Shown piece by piece: positions 52,436-63,331 of a DNA stretch of 64,000 nt. The stretch's first letter is position 1. Each line of letters begins with the position of its first letter. The stretch comes from a virus (Duplodnaviria; Caudoviricetes). The DNA is taken from positions 1-64,000 of the IMG/VR virus record IMGVR_UViG_3300033067_001837, one strand, 5' to 3'. Position numbers and translations under genes: made by a program. Under the pieces are notes generated by a model, which saw only the letters and a list, made by a program, of their open reading frames with translations, was not told the origin of the DNA and made no database searches.

Positions 52436-53194
52436 TCAACTCTCCCACTCAGCGGTTTTTCGGCTGCGAACATAGGGTTCTGGCCGAATCGTGATATTCA
52501 AGTTCGCATTCGCCCGCCGACTCTCTAACGTCCGATAGTCCACCGGCTTACCTACCAGATTTTCAAATTCATGGGAATGGAAGCGTTGCCGACCGGCTTC
52601 AACCGTATCCGCATCCCGCTTCTGGTAGGCATAAGACAGCGCACCTTGTATTAAAGCTTCACGCAACTGTTCAGGCGGTTCATCCACGTCCGACTTTCTC
52701 CCTGCCCAGGTCATTTCTTCTAGTGGGAGTCGATAAACCGTCAAATACAGCTTGTCCGCCACAACTGGAATCGGATATAGTGCCAGCCGAAATGGCTTAT
52801 TTTCTTCCAGATAATGTGTCGGGGTTCCGGTGGTAGTACGATGATCCGCAGTTTCCCGATGATCGCGCAACTGAGTTTTAATCATCGAAATCCCGGTTGA
52901 GTTTAATAGTACGTCTTCAATAGACAGAATGCGCTGATCAAGCTCATAGATAGCTGTACCGGCCCACACGTTAATTTGACAGAGCTCCGCTTCGGTATCG
53001 CGGTAACAGTGAGTGCGAATGGCAATTTCACGGTGAGTATTGTTTAAATACTGAATTAATTCGGCATTCTTGAAAAGACAAGAACTATCATCGAACTCCC
53101 AAAAATAGGTAAATCCAGCCGGGGCAGCGCCGGTATCTCCGCCTAAATCATCACTGCGCAACCGAATATCGTAAACTAAAGAAAGGGGAGTCAT
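52436..53194 (-). CDS. Putative head-tail adaptor
   Basis: ELIQYLN...GTPTHY...LYPIP...ALSYAYQKRDADT. Confidence 0.6.
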   Translation of the reverse strand: MTPLSLVYDIRLRSDDLGGDTGAAPAGFTYFWEFDDSSCLFKNAELIQYLNNTHREIAIRTHCYRDTEAELCQINVWAGTAIYELDQRILSIEDVLLNSTGISMIKTQLRDHRETADHRTTTGTPTHYLEENKPFRLALYPIPVVADKLYLTVYRLPLEEMTWAGRKSDVDEPPEQLREALIQGALSYAYQKRDADTVEAGRQRFHSHEFENLVGKPVDYRTLESRRANANLNITIRPEPYVRSRKTAEWES

Positions 53195-53378
53195 ATTAGG
53201 AACCTTCTTGAAAAACCAAGGACGTAATTGCGCATTGGGAAATTTTATGAAAAGTCTGTACTGCTTTCAATTGTTTCATTTTTTCTTCTTGTGTATTAGA
53301 GTATTTATAAGCTAGATCGCTTATCGTAGTTGCTCCGTAATTATTAAAAATCTAATAGTGGACGACAAAAAATATTCT

Positions 53379-55703
53379 TTAATAAAGACCTATGGGGTAA
53401 ATAGTCAGCGTAGGGTCAGTTACCGGTAATTCAGTTAATCTACCCTCATTATCAATTTGGTATACTAGCGGGCCATTCCTGATTCCGCAAGAAATCTTAT
53501 TAATAATTACCGAAAAATAATCAGATATTCCAGTAGTGTTATTATACACAGGGAAATATGATTTTATGTTAAAATTAGCGGAATATACAGCATAATCATA
53601 GCCCACATACTGCCTCGGATCAATAACGCACGAGAACCCGTATTTACTAGTATCTTTAACAGCCGCCGGAGGATTACTAACAATTATAGAGTACATCGCG
53701 TCTATAGCAGAGAATCTAATATTAACTGGCGTATTAGTTGTTAATTCAAAGTCATCTGATCCCACCGGAAAATAATAACCTTGATTAAACCGATCCGAAG
53801 TTATTCCTCGATCTACCGCGCCCTCCGTAGTGGCGCTAGTATCCTCGTTTCTACTATTTTCTTGACTGTTATTATTTTCGTTTACTATATCAATATTATC
53901 TATTTTTAATAGGCAAGTAGTATTTCCATACCACTTATAATTATAGTGTGAATCTACTGTTGAAGTTCCATTAGTAGCATTTGTGTTATAATGAGTAATA
54001 TAATCCGAGTTGTTTGTGTTTATTACACTTAAAATACTTTTATACTTTACATCAATAAATCCTATAAAAAATACCTGTTCTTTTTTATACTGCGTTTGAT
54101 TATCTTGTGTAGATAAATTATTAGATAATACCCCTCCAGTGTATTCGTCTAAAGTATAAGAAGAAACAGAGTCTAAGCTCATATCTGCTATAAAAGACGT
54201 TGTATTTACAAGGCTAACGTTAAAAATATTCTCATTATTAACCTTAAATATAACATTCTTTAGGGTATTTTGTACCCCAACTTCTTTCTTATGATAAGTA
54301 TTTGCTCGGCTTGCTAAATAATAAGTATCATCTTCTCTTTTATTGTATTGATTTACCTCAGTAAATGCTATTTCATTTTTATAATTATAAGGTGGATATA
54401 TTTCCTCTACCATCATATAAGTAATAACGTCAGAATCATTATAAGTCATTGCAATCGGATATTCAACCGAAGTTGCAGAGCTAGTTAAATTAGTATAATT
54501 ATAAGTTATATTCGCACTAAGCAACTGCCCGTTTTCGTGGTATGTTTTATCGGAATTATTAATTATGCTAATAGTATTTATTACTTCCACGTTATGCCAA
54601 TAACCTATTTCTGTCTTCGTAATTTCTACACTATCTGTATTATGAGTAACTAAACACTCTATAGCCCTAATCTCGTCAATATTTGTTGATGTTAAATTAT
54701 TATCTAAAAATGCAAACTTACTTCCATCCTTACTAAAACGCACCGGCCATAATAATTTACGAACGTTATACTCGCCGCCGATAAAGAACTTTTTTACTTC
54801 TCCAACTTTAGTTAAAGAATTTCCTGTTCCGGCCACGAAAGAGGTTAAAGAAAACTCATTATTATTTGCTACGGTAACAGCCACATAGCGATATTCTGTA
54901 ACACCCTCATCATCTTTTAGTTCTACATTTCCCGCCCAAAATCCAGCGATAAATCCTATTCCGATTAACTTACTAAAAAATTCTCCATTCTTATACAATA
55001 ACCCTGTTACGCCAATTGGAGACGATTTGCTAGATAATCTTAAATAACAGTCATACCCTGAAAAATAAGTTCTTGATTCTAGTAAAATACTCGTATTCTT
55101 AAAGCTACCCATCGGCCCATCGCCACAGGAGCTATGCCACCAAGAGTATAAATTATCACTACTATCTACAAAAAACTGATTGCCTGATTGTTTACGAGAT
55201 GGAGCTTTGGGAGTAGTTTTAAAAGTATGTTCTTTTTTATTATACTCTACAACTAATGTAGAAAATGGCAAATACGGATCGTAGTAATAAGTATTATCAA
55301 CTAACGGTAAAGTATTTAATGGGGATTTAGGAGTATAAATTCCGTTTAAATTATTATCTGTTTTTGGGTAAAAAATAAATCCCCTGCTTATTTTCTTGAA
55401 TACTTCGCCAAACGCAGGGTATGTTGCAACCTCAATAGTATTAATCCCGCTATTACTAATCACTCTTATCCTGGTTAAATCAGGTAAAATAACTACTCTA
55501 TGCCCGGATTCAATTCCGCCGAGATGCATCCGTTGAACTAGCCCGCCAAGAACGACTCGTGCTATCGGCAAATACCTCGCAGACAACACTGTGTCGCCAA
55601 TAAAACGCTTAATGGATTCTTTCCATTCACGCCCACCGACCGGCTGTTTTGCGAGGTGTTTCCAGTCCACAATTATCCTTCGTAGGTATAGGTTTCTGAA
55701 CAA
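53379..55703 (-). CDS. AT-rich putative structural protein
   Basis: 774 aa, Asn/Thr/Tyr-rich, in virion operon. Confidence 0.55.
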   Translation of the reverse strand: MFRNLYLRRIIVDWKHLAKQPVGGREWKESIKRFIGDTVLSARYLPIARVVLGGLVQRMHLGGIESGHRVVILPDLTRIRVISNSGINTIEVATYPAFGEVFKKISRGFIFYPKTDNNLNGIYTPKSPLNTLPLVDNTYYYDPYLPFSTLVVEYNKKEHTFKTTPKAPSRKQSGNQFFVDSSDNLYSWWHSSCGDGPMGSFKNTSILLESRTYFSGYDCYLRLSSKSSPIGVTGLLYKNGEFFSKLIGIGFIAGFWAGNVELKDDEGVTEYRYVAVTVANNNEFSLTSFVAGTGNSLTKVGEVKKFFIGGEYNVRKLLWPVRFSKDGSKFAFLDNNLTSTNIDEIRAIECLVTHNTDSVEITKTEIGYWHNVEVINTISIINNSDKTYHENGQLLSANITYNYTNLTSSATSVEYPIAMTYNDSDVITYMMVEEIYPPYNYKNEIAFTEVNQYNKREDDTYYLASRANTYHKKEVGVQNTLKNVIFKVNNENIFNVSLVNTTSFIADMSLDSVSSYTLDEYTGGVLSNNLSTQDNQTQYKKEQVFFIGFIDVKYKSILSVINTNNSDYITHYNTNATNGTSTVDSHYNYKWYGNTTCLLKIDNIDIVNENNNSQENSRNEDTSATTEGAVDRGITSDRFNQGYYFPVGSDDFELTTNTPVNIRFSAIDAMYSIIVSNPPAAVKDTSKYGFSCVIDPRQYVGYDYAVYSANFNIKSYFPVYNNTTGISDYFSVIINKISCGIRNGPLVYQIDNEGRLTELPVTDPTLTIYPIGLY

Positions 55704-57622
55704 GAATTACCGGACGAGAACGACGACCCTGACGAAACCGATGCTCCCACGTTCATTGCGCTCATTGCTGATCCCGCTAACTGCGCCGCAGTTCGAGCAA
55801 CAGCATCTAATGAATCCTGCGCAATCTTAGTAAGCTGCAACATTTTAGTTTGCTCTAAGTCTGCTTGTTTAATCGTTTTATCCGCGTTGAACTTATCTAC
55901 ATTCAGCAGATAATCAAGTTTCTGTAATTCGGTTCCGATATAAGCCTTTTCCGCTTCATGCTTTAACGCATACCCCTGCATTTGATTTCGGTATACATCA
56001 GACGCTGCCCCTAACCGGACGGATTCCGCTTGAACCTCGGCTTTATATTTTTCAAGCTGCGCTGTCCAAGTTTGTAGTCCAAGCTGCAACGTCTCTAATT
56101 GCAAAGAAGCCTCGGTTTTCGCAGCGTCTATGTTTTTCGCATACGCTTCTACTTCCGAAGAAAAACCTTGCACCAGCGCTTTATAGATTTCTACTTTCCC
56201 TTGCTCTGCGCGCACGGACTCCCCATAGGCTTTCCATTCAGCTTCCCAAGCACTAATCTCCGTAGCATACAACTTTACTCGCTCAGCGGCGTATTGCAAT
56301 TTACCTAGTTCACCTTGCAATAACGCATTTGTTGCTTCCACTTCAGCCTTATACAAGCTAACTCTACTATTAACTGATTCAATTTGCGTTTTATAAAGTT
56401 CAACTTCTTGCTGATTTAAATCAGAAATTAATTTCTGTCCCTCTAGCTGTGCTTTATACACTTCAATATTGCTTAACTCTAGTTGTATCTCGCTATTAAT
56501 TGTGCTAAATTGGATTTGCCACATTTGCCCTTTAGCCTGAAACACATTAACTGCCGCGTCCAACAGCTTTATCTGTACGTCTGCTGCCTTCGCTGCTAGA
56601 TCACCACAGACCCCATAAAGTTTAATTAGCGCATCTTTGTGCATCGCTTCATACGTAATCCCTTGCTGCACAGCAAACCGCATGTTCTCAATTTCAAGTT
56701 TCGCTTCCTCGATCCATAAATTAAGGTTCAACTCAGACTTTTTATCCACTGACTTCTGACGAATCTCCGTCAGCTTAACCTCTAACGATCCACCCGGTAG
56801 AGTAAAGCCACGAGCCAGCCAATCAGCTATTGCCGTTTGCTCGGCTTGATAAGCCATGCGATCTTCAATGAAGTACGCTCGATTTCGCATCGCTAACGCT
56901 ACATCATTAGGAATTCCCGTACCGCCTGATAGTAACGTATTAATTTTTTCCACAAGCCCTAACACTGTATCACTTATCTGTAATTTGGCTGACGAAAAAA
57001 ACTGATTCACAATGTCGGTAAAGCCAATATCCTGCGGAAGCGACGGGGCTTCTGGAAGATTGTCCCGTAGACCGGCAATAGTTGCTTGAATCCCTGAAAT
57101 ATCCGGGGGGTCTAACGTGGGCAATACAATATTTATAGGGGAAACTATCTGCGGTAATTCAATGGTCGGTTTATCTGGATATGTAGGAGCCTTAAACGGA
57201 TCAGGTTCATTTGGCGGATTAGGTAAATTTCGTGAAGGCACACCAATAAATTTTAACTCTGGGGATTTTCCTTGAAAGGTCGGGCGGGGTATCTCAAAAA
57301 AGTAATCGCTAAAATCCGCGTCTATAGTAGGCGGTTCAGTAGGGGCGTCCGTATCCTTCCAAGTCAAGTCAGGAACGTCAGGTTCTGGTTGTGGTCGCAT
57401 ATATTCCGGTAAACTACCCGAATTCACTGATGGATTTAGCGATGCTGAGTCTATCGTACTTATGTTTTGAGTAAACGACTGGCTAATCATTTGCAGCGCG
57501 TCCAGCGCGGTTTGATAAGCCTCATCGCCTTTCTCAGTAAAGTGACTAATCTGACTTTCGACAATATCGAAAGTCCCCGCACCTACTCCCGTCACCAACC
57601 CACAACCGCCGTCCAGACTCAT
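55673..57622 (-). CDS. Putative virion structural protein with coiled coil
   Basis: Pro-rich N-part, ARGFTLPGG, repeated YKA/EVE heptads. Confidence 0.6.
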   Translation of the reverse strand: MSLDGGCGLVTGVGAGTFDIVESQISHFTEKGDEAYQTALDALQMISQSFTQNISTIDSASLNPSVNSGSLPEYMRPQPEPDVPDLTWKDTDAPTEPPTIDADFSDYFFEIPRPTFQGKSPELKFIGVPSRNLPNPPNEPDPFKAPTYPDKPTIELPQIVSPINIVLPTLDPPDISGIQATIAGLRDNLPEAPSLPQDIGFTDIVNQFFSSAKLQISDTVLGLVEKINTLLSGGTGIPNDVALAMRNRAYFIEDRMAYQAEQTAIADWLARGFTLPGGSLEVKLTEIRQKSVDKKSELNLNLWIEEAKLEIENMRFAVQQGITYEAMHKDALIKLYGVCGDLAAKAADVQIKLLDAAVNVFQAKGQMWQIQFSTINSEIQLELSNIEVYKAQLEGQKLISDLNQQEVELYKTQIESVNSRVSLYKAEVEATNALLQGELGKLQYAAERVKLYATEISAWEAEWKAYGESVRAEQGKVEIYKALVQGFSSEVEAYAKNIDAAKTEASLQLETLQLGLQTWTAQLEKYKAEVQAESVRLGAASDVYRNQMQGYALKHEAEKAYIGTELQKLDYLLNVDKFNADKTIKQADLEQTKMLQLTKIAQDSLDAVARTAAQLAGSAMSAMNVGASVSSGSSFSSGNSCSETYTYEG

Positions 57623-57623
57623 C

Positions 57624-59381
57624 TCACCGTCTCCGACTGAGCGGTTCAACCGCTACTCGTAATTGATCAATTTCTGCTGGGCCAACCCCTTGCAGACCTA
57701 ACGCATAGTACACTGACTGAATGCCACGACCCGGCTTAACTACCCCGTCTCGATAGCTCTCTCTAGTCATTGGTGGCAACCGATACTGCCACTGTTGTTT
57801 ACGCCCATACCGATCACTAATAACCTGCAATGTTATGTCACCCTTGGTGCGAGCCTGGCAATTCACGTCGCGAATCCGCTTCAATAAATCAGTCCCCAGG
57901 TTACTAAACCCAGTTTGCATCGTCCACACAATATCACCATCATCATCCTGCTCGGCGTCTACGGCAAACAGACCGTTAGCGGTAGCTAGATACAGTGTCC
58001 CCTGGAACTGCGCCATTCCGCGAACTGCATGGGTAAACAGATAGGTGCTCACTGCGCCGGTTTCTGCGTTCACCACATGAACGGTCTCAGTAGTCTGTCC
58101 GAGCAACATATCACTGGCAATCAAGGTGTCAGATAACACCCCCGCCAATACTAACGAACTCCCCAAGAGTTCGCTTATCAATAACGGTGCGTCTTCTTCC
58201 AAAGTCGGCGCGTAAACCGTTATCAGGTTAACCAACGTCTCTGTGATCAGTAATGCGTCAGCTAACACTGGCGCAGATGTTGCCTCATTACCAACCAGCG
58301 TTTCACTGATCGTTAGAACATCGACTATTTCAACCCAGGCAGACGAAGCAATTTCTTCCGTGATATAAACTACATCCGACAGTCCACCAAGAAGATGTTG
58401 GTGGCTATGCAACACATCAATAATCGCTAAAGTATCGACTAATTCAGGCAATAAAAACTGCGAATTCAGTGTTTCGCTGATCGCTAAAGTATCGACTAAC
58501 GGCCCATGTAGAACAACGCCAAGCTGTTCTGTCGGCTGCAAATCCTCCTGGATCGTTCCCTGGAGCCATACTGCCCCTGACAGGTTCTCAGTAATAACCG
58601 CCGCGTCTGCAAAAGGCAGTGCAGAATCATCTAGTTCCTCTGAAATCAGCAGCGTATCACGCAGTATGTCACTAACAACGACGCCAGTTAGCGTCTCACT
58701 AACAACTAGCGCATCTTCAATCGCTTCTACTTCTTGTCGATTAGTAAGAACCGTGATTTCGGTTTGGTCTACAAACTCTTCAGATATTAATGTCCCAGAA
58801 ACATCATAAACTAACCGAGCTAAAAGCCCTTCAACAATATCCGGCTTCTCCTTACCATTAATAAACCCTGGCCCAGTATATTCAATAAACCCAAAATTAA
58901 ACGATGCAACATCTTGAGTTTCTACCCCGGCAGCAGTTGCAACCCACTTCATTAAAAAGTTAGACGTTAAACTCGCAGCATCAGGTAACTCTATTGAAAC
59001 TAATGCTCCATGCCTTACACCAATTCCAACATATCCTTCCCCAGTAAATTCAACAACGTCTGAAGATTCTGTAGCTATTAGAGTTGTTGTAATATCCCTA
59101 GCATCCGTTACTCCTACTAAAGTAACTACATCATGGGCAGAAATGGATATTAGCGTTGCACTAATCGGCTCAACAGGCTGTGGAACAATAACTTCTAAAT
59201 ACCCAACATCCGCCTGCTCTACGGCTATTAAGCTCGCAGTTATCGGTTCAATATCAGGCGCGGATCGGAGAACTAGCAGAGTTCCAACAGGATGCTCATA
59301 AGGAGACTTTAAAACCAAGTCAGCCGTGTAAACGTGGCTAGTAGGTTCACCGCCGAAGTTAAGATTAACTATTGTTGCCAT
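57624..59381 (-). CDS. Putative tail protein with D-T-L-x-I-S-E repeats
   Basis: More than ten acidic short repeats; C-terminal NAETGAVSTY...TGFSNLGT domain. Confidence 0.6.
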   Translation of the reverse strand: MATIVNLNFGGEPTSHVYTADLVLKSPYEHPVGTLLVLRSAPDIEPITASLIAVEQADVGYLEVIVPQPVEPISATLISISAHDVVTLVGVTDARDITTTLIATESSDVVEFTGEGYVGIGVRHGALVSIELPDAASLTSNFLMKWVATAAGVETQDVASFNFGFIEYTGPGFINGKEKPDIVEGLLARLVYDVSGTLISEEFVDQTEITVLTNRQEVEAIEDALVVSETLTGVVVSDILRDTLLISEELDDSALPFADAAVITENLSGAVWLQGTIQEDLQPTEQLGVVLHGPLVDTLAISETLNSQFLLPELVDTLAIIDVLHSHQHLLGGLSDVVYITEEIASSAWVEIVDVLTISETLVGNEATSAPVLADALLITETLVNLITVYAPTLEEDAPLLISELLGSSLVLAGVLSDTLIASDMLLGQTTETVHVVNAETGAVSTYLFTHAVRGMAQFQGTLYLATANGLFAVDAEQDDDGDIVWTMQTGFSNLGTDLLKRIRDVNCQARTKGDITLQVISDRYGRKQQWQYRLPPMTRESYRDGVVKPGRGIQSVYYALGLQGVGPAEIDQLRVAVEPLSRRR

Positions 59382-60259
59382 TAGCTAGGCACCACTCGAT
59401 CTTGTATAACGGCTGTTTGCTGGGGTTCAGTATGATCAAACGCTACTACATAAAACTCGCGGGTAGTTGATAATCCGGTAAATGTGTATTGTCCGTTAGA
59501 ATCACTCCAAGTTGTTTGAACTAATGCTCCAGTCTCTGAATCATGTATACGAGCCATGTAGGCACCAGGAACTAAAAATTCCGTTATAGTCCCAGAAACT
59601 ACTCCTTCTCCCGCTATAACTTCCCCGCCGTTCGAGTCAAACTCAGGATATTCAATAGAATTGAACCCAGCCGGAGGAGTATAAGTAAAATCGGCTTCTG
59701 CAAAATGCGCCGTTATATACTGCACAATAGTATAGCTATATACATTAACCGCTGGGTAAAGCGGTAATGATATATTTAACCCAGAAACAGCCGGAGTAGC
59801 GTCAATACCCGGCGTTCCTCCGCCTACCCATACCCCGTCAATAGATACCCAAAAATCTCCAGAGTATAAATCATAAGCAATCCCTACAACATTATTTGTA
59901 ATCCATACAGGCAAATAGGCAATAATTTCACTATCCGAACTACCTATTTTCGTATATCTAATGGTACCCTTAGCTTCTACCCCAAATCCATCCTCTGTTC
60001 TAATAAAATGAGAAGTTCCTATATCTGAATTAAGTAAAACATGGTTTTTTGTTACTAATCCTATAGCCATAACTGGATTTTCTGCAAAATTTGTAACCAT
60101 ATGGCACTCAAAATACCATCGCCCTCCACCCAATTTTGCCCGAGTAGCCCGTGCAATTCTAGGAGTACCAGTTCCAGCTAACGGAGTAGCTTTTAAATTT
60201 CCATCAGACAATGCAACATTAGCATCTTTATCATCCGGGTTCCACGTTACAGTTGCCAT
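59381..60259 (-). CDS. SPRY-domain tail/receptor-binding protein
   Basis: TWNPDDK...LSDGNL...GRWYFE...VVGIAYDL...LYPAV...YTPPAGF. Confidence 0.75.
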   Translation of the reverse strand: MATVTWNPDDKDANVALSDGNLKATPLAGTGTPRIARATRAKLGGGRWYFECHMVTNFAENPVMAIGLVTKNHVLLNSDIGTSHFIRTEDGFGVEAKGTIRYTKIGSSDSEIIAYLPVWITNNVVGIAYDLYSGDFWVSIDGVWVGGGTPGIDATPAVSGLNISLPLYPAVNVYSYTIVQYITAHFAEADFTYTPPAGFNSIEYPEFDSNGGEVIAGEGVVSGTITEFLVPGAYMARIHDSETGALVQTTWSDSNGQYTFTGLSTTREFYVVAFDHTEPQQTAVIQDRVVPS

Positions 60260-60260
60260 T

Positions 60261-62045
60261 TTAAATTACCGTAATCGCGCCTAGTGCATCAAAATCCCGC
60301 GAGTATGTCTCATAATCAGACTGACTCGCTACTCCCACTACAAAATAATCCCCTGGAGCTACATTATTAAACTCCCAAGCACCCGTTAGGCCATCTGATA
60401 CCGTAGTGCCCACTTTATCTCCATTAGGGTAAGTGTAAAGATGTACCGTTCTAGCTGCAAAATTACCCAATGAAGTATCCAATCGCAAAGTGCCACTAAT
60501 TACTGAAGTATTTTCATTAACATTTACCTGTAACGGAACAATAGCTGAATCTGTTAAAGCAGGAACACTTGAATCTGTTACCATAACCTCTACATTTTCA
60601 CTACCATCAGTAGTAAACGTAGTAGTTAATAACCCGGCAGTAGATAAATTCGCGGCATCTGTCCAACTTTTACTAATTAAACTCCAAAAGTAAGGTGAAG
60701 TGCCTCCGATAGCTGTACCCACCGAAGCAGTATACGCCACATTAACTGTAGCATCTGGCATTATTGCTGGAACAATACTAAGTGCCGTCACTCCACCGCT
60801 CGTAGTTACAGAAAAAGTAGCTACTCCCGTATCGGTTTGAAGCAGAGCATCAGTAACCGTAACTTGAACTGTATACTCTCCTAAACTAATCGGAGTAAAT
60901 GAAATCACATTAGCTACTATTGTAAAAACTGTAACATTAGTCGAATCTTTAACTGTACCAGACCAACTAATAGGAACAATTCCTCCAGTAGTCGTACCAA
61001 TCGTTTCATTATATAATTCATTAACGATTGCTGTTGGTAAAGAATTAATTGATAAAATTGGCGGGCCAGATGAAACAGACACAACCGCTGTGGTATAAAT
61101 AGCGGTATAAACGTCGTGGTAACTAAAATCAACTTCTGTAAATGGTGTATAAGTAACAAAGTCAGTTGTTGTAGCCAAACTAGATACAGCCCCAACAATC
61201 ATATACTTTGAATCACCATACACAACATCGTTAATAATCTCTGTGTGTGTATAAACTAAAGTCCATGTTGTCCCGTTTGTTGACTTATATATCAAATTAT
61301 CAGATATAATATACAATCCATCACTTGTCGCAAGGCACCCGTTGTTTGTTAAAGGCGCACCACTTCCAATAACTGTCCAAGTTGTTCCGCCATTTAAAGT
61401 AAACACTGAAGTTCTTGGGAATCCAGTCGTGACAATCCCATAACTCCCTGAAATCATACTTACTTTTAATGTACCATCTATATAAAAAGTTCCAGAAGAT
61501 GTACTAGACTCGCTTGACCAAGTAATTCCATTCGTAGATGTTCTCCATTTTAAAGTAGTTAAAGCGCCTAATACCGTATAGAATGCATACAATGTGCTGC
61601 CGACAATAGTTAATACCGGTATAGAGTTAACAGGGTATGGAGATGGTGAGAACGTGTACATCAAAACCGGGCTACCAGTATCATACAATCGCATTAAATG
61701 GTAAGACGGACTTGATGAAGCATTTTTATACGGTAAAAAGTCAATTCCGTTAAACCGTAACGGTATCCCATATCTACTATCGCTAGAGATATAATACGAA
61801 TTAGAAAAATAATCAATATCTGATAATCGTGATTGCAGCGCACCGATAAACGAAGTTCCAACATAATAGGTAGGAGAAAAATAAAAGCTATTTTCCGTTA
61901 TATGGAGTTTAGTGGTAGAAATAATAGTATCTGTTATATTATTCCCAATAGTAACAATATCCGACACAGTATCGTAAACATATAATCGCCGTGCCCCATT
62001 AAAAGACCCACTAACCTCGCCAGCTATAAAGACCCAATTGCCCAT
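60261..62045 (-). CDS. Tail fibre-like protein with beta-propeller-like and Ig-like domains
   Basis: STNGITW/STNGTTW repeats, two LP-x-A-x-V...GG..P..W Ig repeats. Confidence 0.7.
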   Translation of the reverse strand: MGNWVFIAGEVSGSFNGARRLYVYDTVSDIVTIGNNITDTIISTTKLHITENSFYFSPTYYVGTSFIGALQSRLSDIDYFSNSYYISSDSRYGIPLRFNGIDFLPYKNASSSPSYHLMRLYDTGSPVLMYTFSPSPYPVNSIPVLTIVGSTLYAFYTVLGALTTLKWRTSTNGITWSSESSTSSGTFYIDGTLKVSMISGSYGIVTTGFPRTSVFTLNGGTTWTVIGSGAPLTNNGCLATSDGLYIISDNLIYKSTNGTTWTLVYTHTEIINDVVYGDSKYMIVGAVSSLATTTDFVTYTPFTEVDFSYHDVYTAIYTTAVVSVSSGPPILSINSLPTAIVNELYNETIGTTTGGIVPISWSGTVKDSTNVTVFTIVANVISFTPISLGEYTVQVTVTDALLQTDTGVATFSVTTSGGVTALSIVPAIMPDATVNVAYTASVGTAIGGTSPYFWSLISKSWTDAANLSTAGLLTTTFTTDGSENVEVMVTDSSVPALTDSAIVPLQVNVNENTSVISGTLRLDTSLGNFAARTVHLYTYPNGDKVGTTVSDGLTGAWEFNNVAPGDYFVVGVASQSDYETYSRDFDALGAITVI

Positions 62046-62090
62046 CGTCTTTCTCCTACTCCCCGGAGAATCGGGGAGTGTTAGCTTTGA

Positions 62091-62504
62091 TTAAGCGTTG
62101 CCTTCGGTGATCTTCGAGATGCCGCCTGAAGTATCCAAACTCACCTCACCGCCTGTCACAATATTGACGTTGTTCAGGATGATCTCTTTTCCCGAACTCG
62201 TCGGGCCGACCGTGAAATCCGCTACCGCTGCATCTGCCGAAGTCGTCGCCCGTGCGTAACCTGCCGTACCATCAGCGACCGCTGTTCCTGCGGTGACTGC
62301 CGAAAAGGTCAACACGCCATTGGACACGGTACCAGACGGATCGGAGAACGTCAGCGTCACTAGAAGTGTCCCGGTTGCCGCACTGTTAACTCCAGGTGAC
62401 GTTCCGGTATAGATTTTCAGCTTCCCCGCACCGGAACCCGCATCAATCGCAGTCAGTACGTCAGTAATGCGCGTAGTCCGTAAACTTGTTATATAAGAAG
62501 GCAT
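62091..62504 (-). CDS. Putative tail protein
   Basis: GKLKIYTGT...LLVTL...GTAGYAR. Confidence 0.65.
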   Translation of the reverse strand: MPSYITSLRTTRITDVLTAIDAGSGAGKLKIYTGTSPGVNSAATGTLLVTLTFSDPSGTVSNGVLTFSAVTAGTAVADGTAGYARATTSADAAVADFTVGPTSSGKEIILNNVNIVTGGEVSLDTSGGISKITEGNA

Positions 62505-62517
62505 CGGTTATTACTCC

Positions 62518-63113
62518 TTACGCATTCGCCAGGGACACAGAATAAGTCACCGATAGCTGATCACCGGTAGTCGGTAATGAGCGCACCGTTCCATACTTCA
62601 CAGCGGTTAACAAGACTCCAGACGTACTGGCTTTAGTTGAACTCGACAACAACCCGCAGCCCCATACGGACACGCTATCTGATGCAGTCGTAAACACCGC
62701 AGGATTACTGGTATTGTGAGTGGTTTTGCTGGCAGGAACAGATTCCACAAACTCAACACGAGTCGCTTGTGAATACTGCGTGGTCAACTCAGTGGCCGTA
62801 GACGAGAAAGTCGCTGCCGTTAGCGTATCCGCTAACGTTATGTTGCCGCTAAAAGGGGCCAGATAGAACGCTGTGTAGCGAGTTCCGTTCCCAATCGCCG
62901 CACTTAACAGATAGTTGATTCCTTCTGTTGTCAATAGGTTCGGGTATTTCTGAGTTCCTAGTCCATCCGGTGCGGTGACCTGGTAAACTCCCTTAATTGT
63001 CGCATGAGCGATCAGTAACTCACCCCGCTCATTAACGTCGTAATTAAAATTACGAAAGTGCCGATACAAATCACGCCAATATTTAGGCTTTAGCGCCTGT
63101 GTTATTTCCAACA
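62518..63113 (-). CDS. Putative tail protein
   Basis: NLLTTEGINYLL...GDQLSVTY; GAGG RBS before ATG 63113. Confidence 0.65.
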
Positions 63114-63133
63114 TCGTTCTGTCCTCTCGACAG

Positions 63134-63331
63134 TTAAAATTTACCGACTGGACAACGGGTTGCCGTTCTCCCAATAATTAAACAACCGCAGTGTCCGCAG
63201 CGTTTAAACACAATTCCTTTTAGCGTCGAGCACCGAAGATGCTCACACTTTTCACAAATCGCTTTCCTCCGATCTCGCTCTTCTTTAGATCGCGTTAAGC
63301 GCCACACCATTAGCAAAAACCTCAGAAACAA
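63134..63331 (-). CDS. Small Cys-rich (Zn-binding) protein
   Basis: ICEKCEH...CGHCGC...CPVGKF. Confidence 0.5.
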   Translation of the reverse strand: MFLRFLLMVWRLTRSKEERDRRKAICEKCEHLRCSTLKGIVFKRCGHCGCLIIGRTATRCPVGKF

